Assembly: GCA_965228735.1 (NCBI GenBank) | Contig: OZ245838.1 | Location: 2,400,001-2,464,000, forward strand | Length of the DNA stretch: 64,000 nucleotides | Reading direction: 5' to 3' | Origin: Planctomycetota bacterium | GTDB taxonomy: Bacteria > Planctomycetota > UBA1135 > UBA2386 | Shown: positions 57,443 through 64,000 of the stretch, one piece after another | Numbering within the stretch: position 1 is the first letter of the stretch | How the letters are laid out: every line of letters starts with the position of its first letter | Translations under genes and position numbers: made by a program | The notes under the pieces: generated by a model | Told to the model about the DNA's origin: nothing | The model's database searches: none | The model's input: the letters and a program-made list of their open reading frames with translations, nothing else

Positions 57443-58395
57443 AGCCCACTTCGGGCTAGTGGATCCGGCCGCACGGGCACGGGCGGGATCTGCTCGGCAG
57501 GGAACTCGCCCTCGATCGAGAGGTCGAACAGCTTCGCATCGAACGGCCCCGCGCGACCGCTCGACCATATCTTGGACCCGAAGGTGACGTCTTCTGCGGG
57601 GTCGCCCCGGTGCTCGCCGAGCACCGTCCACGCCGCGTCGTCTCGGTGGAGCGATCGGACCAGGTCGCCGCGACGTTCGAGCCGGAACGCCCCCTCGCTT
57701 CCCGTCACCGGCACCGGGCTCCCGAACACCTCGTTGCTGAAGTTGGCCAGCAGTTCGTGCGGCGTGCCAAAAGAAGCCCGCCGTTGCGCGTAGTAGCGCA
57801 GGCGGGAAGGCAGGTCCTGCGCGAACAGCGCGAGGCAGACCGACGCCTCGCCGGGCTGCCAGTCGAGCAGCCGATAGCGCAGGGTCGCGACGAAGTCGCC
57901 GCGGACCAACGTCGGCACGTAGAAGCCGGACGAGGTGACCTCGCCGAGATCGCCGCGGTGCACCGTGATGCGCGCGTGATCCGCTCCGGCTATGACGTCG
58001 ACCCGGGCGCGCGCCGGAAAGCGGTACTTCGCGAGGCCGCGCTCGCGCAGGATGGGCGGCGCGCTGCCGAACGGCCACGTCAGCCCACCGCTGAGGTAGG
58101 AGTTGAACTCGATGAGCAACACGCGCATGCGCGCCACCGCGGTGCGGATCGAGTCCTCGGCGCGAGCCGTGGCGGCATCGTCCTCGACGCGACCGTCCGC
58201 CACCTCGTCCCAGGCCGTGCCCGCCTGCTGCAGCTCGGCCCGGAACGTCTTCAGCATGAGCGCCGCATCCGCGCCTTCCTGCGGTCGGAACGTCAGGTCC
58301 AGGCCCTCGGTTTCACCACCGACCTCACCCCGGATGTCGTGCTGTTCGCACGCTTCGAGGAAGGCGCGGCGCAGGCGTTCTGTGCGACTCGTCAT
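57439..58395 (-). CDS. Hypothetical two-domain protein
   Basis: 318-aa ORF with a helical N-terminal part and a beta-rich C-terminal part (GDFVATLRY..FRLERRGD..WTVLG). Confidence 0.7.
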   Translation of the reverse strand: MTSRTERLRRAFLEACEQHDIRGEVGGETEGLDLTFRPQEGADAALMLKTFRAELQQAGTAWDEVADGRVEDDAATARAEDSIRTAVARMRVLLIEFNSYLSGGLTWPFGSAPPILRERGLAKYRFPARARVDVIAGADHARITVHRGDLGEVTSSGFYVPTLVRGDFVATLRYRLLDWQPGEASVCLALFAQDLPSRLRYYAQRRASFGTPHELLANFSNEVFGSPVPVTGSEGAFRLERRGDLVRSLHRDDAAWTVLGEHRGDPAEDVTFGSKIWSSGRAGPFDAKLFDLSIEGEFPAEQIPPVPVRPDPLARSGL

Positions 58396-58608
58396 ATCGA
58401 GAATGGACCACGGCCCGACCACGCCTGGCACGAACCGGAGCGCGGCGCCAGGCGGCCGCCGAGGACGCACTCGATGAGCGCGATGTTCCTCGGCCCGGAA
58501 TGTAAGCGAACTCGGGGCACTCGCCAAACGGTGCACGTCACCGCGGGCAGCGTTCCTACGCGCGGACTTCCGGTGCGAACGCCGGCAACGCACCATTAGG
58601 CTGGCTGC

Positions 58609-59457
58609 ATGGTGGAATCAGGACAGGACCCATCGGGCGGCTTACGCGACAAGGTCGCCATCGTCACGGGTGGTGGCTGGAACATCGGGCGCGCGATCGC
58701 GCTGCGGCTCGCGTCTCGCGGCGCCAGGGTCGTCGTCGCATCTCGCCGAGCCGAACGGCTCGCCGCGGTGGTCGACGAGATCGAGCGCGCGGGCGGGAAC
58801 GCGCTCGCGGTAGCCTGCGACGTCACGCAGCTCGACTCGGTCGAGGACCTCGTCGCGCGGAGCGTCGAACGGTTCGGCACGGTCGACGCCATGGTCGCCT
58901 GCGCTGGCGGCAGCGGCGCGCACCTCCCGATCGATGAAGTCGATCCGAAGAGCTGGTGCCACGTGGTCGCGACGAACCTCTTCGGCACGTTCCACTGCGC
59001 GCGGGCCGTCCTGCCGACGTTCCGCAGGCAGGATCGCGGCGACATCGTGACGTTCACGGGTGGCGGCGCGTTCTTCCCCTGTCTGGGGCAGCACGCGACG
59101 GCATACGCGACCGCGAAGGCGGCGGTCTGCCGCTTCACCGATCAGCTCCAGGCCGAGCTGCTGGACACGGGCATTCGCGTGAACTGCATCGAGCCCGGCA
59201 TGGTCTGGAACCCGGACACCCTGGCGGCGATCGCCGCGGAGGAGGAGCGCACCGGTGTCCGCCACCCCGACCGGGACCGCAACCGATCGCCCGAGCTCGC
59301 GGCCGAGCTCGTCGAGTTCTTGCTGACCGACGCGGGCGCGACGGTCAGGGCGCGGATCCTGTCGGTCAACGACACGTGGTGGCGCGACCCGGCGCGAGTC
59401 GCGGCGATCGAACCGGACCTCGCGGCCTACCGCCTGCGGCGCAGCGAGCCATCGTGA
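58609..59457 (+). CDS. Short-chain dehydrogenase/reductase
   Basis: TGGGWNIG, CDVT, TNLFG, YATAK, IRVNCIEPG. Confidence 0.93.
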   Translation: MVESGQDPSGGLRDKVAIVTGGGWNIGRAIALRLASRGARVVVASRRAERLAAVVDEIERAGGNALAVACDVTQLDSVEDLVARSVERFGTVDAMVACAGGSGAHLPIDEVDPKSWCHVVATNLFGTFHCARAVLPTFRRQDRGDIVTFTGGGAFFPCLGQHATAYATAKAAVCRFTDQLQAELLDTGIRVNCIEPGMVWNPDTLAAIAAEEERTGVRHPDRDRNRSPELAAELVEFLLTDAGATVRARILSVNDTWWRDPARVAAIEPDLAAYRLRRSEPS

Positions 59458-59545
59458 AGCCCACGTCGACGCGGTTTGCGCCGCGCCGGCGCGACGCCTC
59501 GATTCCGCGGACCTCGGCGTGATGGCACCGTGCTACCATCGTCCC

Positions 59546-60778
59546 GTGCGATCCCTGCTGCTCGGCGCCTGGCTGACGACCGTCGTGACGGCGCAGGAAC
59601 CCGCAGTCGCGGCACCCGCTGCCACGGCCACGAGCGCGATGCTCACAGCGCTCGACGCGCTCGAACCACGGGATGGCTGGCTCGCGACGCCGCCCGGATT
59701 GCAGCCCGAACTGTGGCAGTACTACCGCGGCGCGTTCGGCATCGCGCCCGCCGGCAACGAACCCGACGAAGCCCGGGTCGCGCTCGGCCGGCTGCTCTTC
59801 TTCGACCAACGGCTGTCGCACGACCGCACGCTCGCGTGCGCGAGTTGCCACGACCCGCGGCACGCGTTCGCCGATCCGCGGCCGCGGTCGATCGGGATCC
59901 GCGGGCAGGTGCTCGCGCGCAACACGCCGACGATCATGAACGCCGCGCTGCAGAAGCGCTGGCTCTGGGACGGCCGCGCGAGTTCGCTCGAGGAGCAGGC
60001 CGCGGGCCCGCTCCTCAACCCGGCCGAGATGGGCATGCCCGACCGCGCCACGGTCGTCGAGCGGGTCTCCGAGGAGCCCGAGTACGTCGCGCTGTTCGAG
60101 CTCGCCTACGGCCGCGCGCCCGAGTTCGACGACGTCACGCGCGCGCTGGCCGCGTTCCAACGGACGCTCGTGTTCGTCGACGCGCCGTTCGACGCGTTCC
60201 GGGCCGGCGATGACGACGCGATCTCCGGAGCCGCGAAACAGGGATTCGAGCTGTTCGCCGAACACTGCCGCTCGTGTCACCCGGTCAGCCTGCGCGAGCC
60301 GCTGCTCGCGGACGGCAACTTCCACAACGTCGGCATCGGCTTCGACAGGGTCGACCACAAGGAACTGTCGCGGTCCGCATTCGCGCGCCTGCGCGCGGCC
60401 GGCACGGAGCCCGACGCGCCGGCCGGCGAGCTGCCGGCCGACGTCATCGGCGAGTTCGGCGAGCTCGGCCGCGCGCTCGTGTCCAAGCTCGAGTATCAGG
60501 TCGGCGCGTTCCGCACCGCGCAGCTGCGCAACGTCGCGTTGACCGCGCCCTACATGCACGACGGCTCGCTCACGACGCTCTGGCAGGTCGTCGATCACTA
60601 CCGGCAGGGCGGCAGCCCCAACACGTGGCAAGACCCGCGAATCGAGAAGCTGGACCTGACCGACGAACAGGTCGATCAGATCGTGGCGTTCCTGTTCACG
60701 TTGACGGACCGCCGCTTCGCCGCCGCGAACGCGCGCGCGTTTGCGGAACAGCAGCGGGGTCCGCGGCGGCGGCCGTAG
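59546..60778 (+). CDS. Di-heme cytochrome c peroxidase/MauG family protein
   Basis: LGRLLFFDQRLS, CASCH, RNTPT, WDGRA, CRSCH, LRNVALTAPYMHDG; signal peptide; GTG start inferred. Confidence 0.92.
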   Translation: MRSLLLGAWLTTVVTAQEPAVAAPAATATSAMLTALDALEPRDGWLATPPGLQPELWQYYRGAFGIAPAGNEPDEARVALGRLLFFDQRLSHDRTLACASCHDPRHAFADPRPRSIGIRGQVLARNTPTIMNAALQKRWLWDGRASSLEEQAAGPLLNPAEMGMPDRATVVERVSEEPEYVALFELAYGRAPEFDDVTRALAAFQRTLVFVDAPFDAFRAGDDDAISGAAKQGFELFAEHCRSCHPVSLREPLLADGNFHNVGIGFDRVDHKELSRSAFARLRAAGTEPDAPAGELPADVIGEFGELGRALVSKLEYQVGAFRTAQLRNVALTAPYMHDGSLTTLWQVVDHYRQGGSPNTWQDPRIEKLDLTDEQVDQIVAFLFTLTDRRFAAANARAFAEQQRGPRRRP

Positions 60779-60798
60779 GGTGCTGCTTCGGAAGCGCT

Positions 60799-63700
60799 CT
60801 ATCGACCACCACCAGAGCGCGACGCCCCCGCGGGCACCGCACCGCGCTGCAGCCGCTTGGCCGCCGCCGGCACGATGTCCGGACGGCCGCGCTGGCGCTC
60901 GGCCTCGACGTCCTCGGCCAGCGCCTTCACGGCACGCTGCAGCTGGGCGTCCGGGCCGTTGGGCTCGTTCCAGAGCGGCAGGTCGGGGAGGCAGCCGTTC
61001 AGCTCCATGTCCTCACCCGTGCTCACGAGATACCAGCCGCGCATCGGCATCCGCACGCGGCTGCCGTCGACGAGGCTGACCGAGCCCGTGCTGATCACGC
61101 CGCCGCCCGTGCGCATGCCGACCACGCGGCCGCGGCCGAGCTGCTTGACGGCGTGGCTCAGGATCTCGGCGTTGCTGAACGAGTGCTCGTTGCACATGAG
61201 CACGATCGGCTTGCCCCAGCTGGCGTAGACCTTGCGATCGACGGGGTAGCCCTCGCCGCTGCCGCGCGACTGCGTGATCGCGTGCACCGGCTGGGTCAGG
61301 ATCGTCATGACGCGATCGGCCGTGCTGCCGCCGCCGTTGAAGCGGACGTCGATGATCAGGCCGTCCTTGCCGTGGCCGGCCGCGTAGATGTCCTCCTCCA
61401 TCTGGCGGAGGCTGCCCATGTTCATGCCGCGGATGTGCAGGTAGCCGAGCTTGTTGCCCGACAGCTCATCGACCTTGGCACGCGTGTTGTCGACCCACTC
61501 GTCGTAGAGCAGCCCGGCGACCGAGCTGACCGGTCGCACGGCCACCTCGCGTTCGGTGCCGTCTGCGGCGGCGACCACGAGCTCGACGTCGCGCGCCTGA
61601 TCCATGGTCAACAACGCGTCCAGGTCCGAGGTCGCGGTCAGGCGCTCGCCGTCGACGGCGCGCAGGGTCTCGCCGGCCGCGACGAGGCTGCGGGCCTGCG
61701 ACGTCGGACCGCCCGGGATCACGCTCGTGACCGGGAAACCCCGATCGGTCGGCGTTCCGAACCGCAGCCCGAGATGGTAGGTCGTCGGCGACCATGCGCT
61801 GGCCTCCGACGGCCGCGGCAGCGGTTCGTCACCGCCGCTGTGGCCCATGTGCGACGCGTTGAGCTCGCCGAGCATCAGGTTCATCAGGTCGTTGAACTCC
61901 GCGCGGCCGAGACACGACGCGGCGGCCGGCCGGTACTTGGCGCGCACGGCGTTCCAGTCCCGGTTGTTCATCTCCGGGTCGTAGAAGCGGTCACGCATCG
62001 CGCGCCAGCCCTGATCGAACGCCAGCTGCCGCAGCTCGGTCCAGTCGCGCTCCTCGCGCACGGAGAATTCGAACTTCTCGATCTTGCCCGAGGCCGACAT
62101 CGAGGCCGGCGTGCCGCCCCCACCGCCACGGAAGAACCGCCGCCGACCGCCCGCGGCAGCCGAACTCGATGAGCCGCTCGCGAGACCGACCATCTGGTTG
62201 CCTTCCTCGAGCCAGACTGCGCGCGACAGACCGCTGTCGGCGACCTTCTTGGGTCGACCGACCTTCGGGAACTCGACCGCGTAGATCCCGCGCTTGTTGT
62301 CGACCGTGGCCGAGAACAGCAGCTTCTTGCCATCGGGCGAGAAGATCAGGCCACCCTCGCGCGAGTCGGGGATCGAGATGCGATGGATGCGATCGAGCAG
62401 CCCGTCGAACTCGATTGCGACCTCGACCTTGGCCTTCTTCTCGTCGTCGTTCTCGTCGGCTGCCGCTTCCGCGGCCTTGCCCGCGCCCTTCTCGGCGTCG
62501 GCATTGGCGACGGCATCGCCGCTAGTGTCGGGCTTGGCGCCGTCCTTGCCCGGCTTGCCCTTGCCCTTCCGGCCCTTGCCCGGCTTGCTCTTCTTCATCG
62601 CGGCGAGGGCCTCCTCGAGCTTGCGGTCGCGCTCGGTCTGCTCCTCGACCTCACGCTCCAGGTTGACGTAGTAGACGTCGGTCTCGTCGTCACCGCGCGT
62701 CCCGGTGAACGCGATGCGCTTGCCGTCGCCCGACCAGACCGGCTGACCGTCGCGCGCCGGGTGCCGCGAGATGTTGAACGGCGACCGGCTGCGGTCGACG
62801 GGCGCGACCCAGACGTCGCTGTTGTAGTCGTCGTCCTGCGTGCTGTAGCAGACCCACTTGCCGTCGGGCGAGATGTCGTAGCTCGGACCCGACCACGTCT
62901 CGAGCACGAGCGTCGGCGCACCACCCGCGGCCGGCATCGTGTAGAGGTCGTGATCGCGCGTGAGGAACAGCGTCTCACCGTCGGGGCTCAGCCGCAGCGC
63001 GCGCTCGACCTCGCGGTCGTCGGTCACCTGCGTCGGCTCGAACGCCTCGCCCAGCCACCAGATGCCGTCCTCGTGCGGGCAGGCGACGGACCACAGATCC
63101 ATCTCGCCGCCCGCGTCACTGATGAACCACAGCGTCTTGCCGTCCTTGCTGAACACGAGGTCGGTCTCACGGCTCGGCGTCGTCGTCACCCGCACAGGCT
63201 CCTTGAGCACGCGATCCATGACGTAGACGTCCTCGCCGGAAACGAACGCCATCTGCTTGCCGTCCTGCGTGAACGCGACCGTCGCCGCACTGCTCTCGGT
63301 GCGGCGTTCGCGCTCGTGCGCGAACCGGTCGCCGGCCGCGACCAGCTCGATCTTCGCGACCTTGTCGTTCCGCGGATCGATGCGCACCAGCTCGAACAAC
63401 CGCCGCGCGATCATCGCCGAGCCGTCCTGCGAGAGCGCCGGGAACGCGATGCCGTCGTCGCTGCCGTCGGCCGCGCTGACATTGGTGACGCGACGCGCCT
63501 GCCCGCCGGCCAGCGCCCGGTAGTAGATGTCGAACGTGCCGTCCGGGTCGCTGAGGAAGTAGTAGCCCTCGCCGTCGGGCGCCCACATCGGATCGGTCTC
63601 GGCGACGTTCTGGAAGCCCTCGCGGTCCTCGGAGATGCGCGTGAGCTTCGCGGGCGTCGTCGCGAGATCGGCGAGCCACAGCTGTTCGGCCGAGGCGCCG

Positions 63701-64000
63701 CGGAAGCCCTTGCGCCACCAGCTCGTTCGCCCGCGCGTGAACAGCACCTTGCTGCCGTCCGGCGACAGCGCGGCCTTGCTGCAGCCGCTGTCGAACAGGA
63801 GCCGCTTGCCGCGTTCCCCCGCGACGTCGATCAGGTAGACCCGCTGCGACTCGCTGTAGTGGAAGTGCTCGTCCGTGCGCATCGCGACGACCATGTCCTT
63901 GCCGTCGTTGGCGAAGCCGATCAACCGCTTGCCGAGCGAGCCGTGCGTGATCTGCTCCGGCGCCCCGTCAGGCAGGGTCACGAAGTAGATCTGCCGATTG
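60799..64000 (-). CDS. Tricorn-like S41 family peptidase (5' partial)
   Basis: PD40/TolB-like repeats (SPDG), GELNASH, PDZ domain, GYLHI, IDVRFNGGG, SFSNAE; frame is open to the window edge. Confidence 0.93.
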   Translation of the reverse strand, partial: NRQIYFVTLPDGAPEQITHGSLGKRLIGFANDGKDMVVAMRTDEHFHYSESQRVYLIDVAGERGKRLLFDSGCSKAALSPDGSKVLFTRGRTSWWRKGFRGASAEQLWLADLATTPAKLTRISEDREGFQNVAETDPMWAPDGEGYYFLSDPDGTFDIYYRALAGGQARRVTNVSAADGSDDGIAFPALSQDGSAMIARRLFELVRIDPRNDKVAKIELVAAGDRFAHERERRTESSAATVAFTQDGKQMAFVSGEDVYVMDRVLKEPVRVTTTPSRETDLVFSKDGKTLWFISDAGGEMDLWSVACPHEDGIWWLGEAFEPTQVTDDREVERALRLSPDGETLFLTRDHDLYTMPAAGGAPTLVLETWSGPSYDISPDGKWVCYSTQDDDYNSDVWVAPVDRSRSPFNISRHPARDGQPVWSGDGKRIAFTGTRGDDETDVYYVNLEREVEEQTERDRKLEEALAAMKKSKPGKGRKGKGKPGKDGAKPDTSGDAVANADAEKGAGKAAEAAADENDDEKKAKVEVAIEFDGLLDRIHRISIPDSREGGLIFSPDGKKLLFSATVDNKRGIYAVEFPKVGRPKKVADSGLSRAVWLEEGNQMVGLASGSSSSAAAGGRRRFFRGGGGGTPASMSASGKIEKFEFSVREERDWTELRQLAFDQGWRAMRDRFYDPEMNNRDWNAVRAKYRPAAASCLGRAEFNDLMNLMLGELNASHMGHSGGDEPLPRPSEASAWSPTTYHLGLRFGTPTDRGFPVTSVIPGGPTSQARSLVAAGETLRAVDGERLTATSDLDALLTMDQARDVELVVAAADGTEREVAVRPVSSVAGLLYDEWVDNTRAKVDELSGNKLGYLHIRGMNMGSLRQMEEDIYAAGHGKDGLIIDVRFNGGGSTADRVMTILTQPVHAITQSRGSGEGYPVDRKVYASWGKPIVLMCNEHSFSNAEILSHAVKQLGRGRVVGMRTGGGVISTGSVSLVDGSRVRMPMRGWYLVSTGEDMELNGCLPDLPLWNEPNGPDAQLQRAVKALAEDVEAERQRGRPDIVPAAAKRLQRGAVPAGASRSGGGR

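Noticed and set aside
64..63838. Long antisense and alternate-frame ORFs (e.g. 4221-6587 +, 18831-22118 -, 37665-39962 +)
   Set aside because: Shadow ORFs expected in high-GC DNA: Arg/Ala/Pro-rich, without motifs, and overlapping well-supported genes.

Overview
High-GC bacterial DNA, densely coding. The gene content (DUF1570, tandem DUF1080, many secreted repeat proteins) suggests an uncultured Planctomycetota lineage; this is inference, as there is no marker rRNA. Main blocks: the end of a molybdo-flavoenzyme operon; an ArgR-controlled arginine operon (argR-C-B-D-F-G-H-A) with tandem ARG boxes, and argJ lying 3.8 kb further on; envelope genes (LysM, psd, GT4, B12 radical SAM); der; a sugar ABC transporter; several peptidases; gdh; and a sulfotransferase / radical SAM / GcvH-like / SDR cluster. 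The best-supported highlight is a complete 1992-nt group II intron (35251-37242, minus strand) inserted in the loop of a 33-bp REP-like hairpin. An intact inverted sister copy lies beside it, EBS1/EBS2 match the repeat perfectly, and the intron ends are non-canonical (UUGCG...GC). Also notable: a second intergenic repeat family, a candidate structured sRNA, a GcvH homolog without its lipoyl-lysine, a shared C-terminal domain on two secreted proteins, and repeated signs of leaderless transcription. No CRISPR array, rRNA or tRNA was seen.
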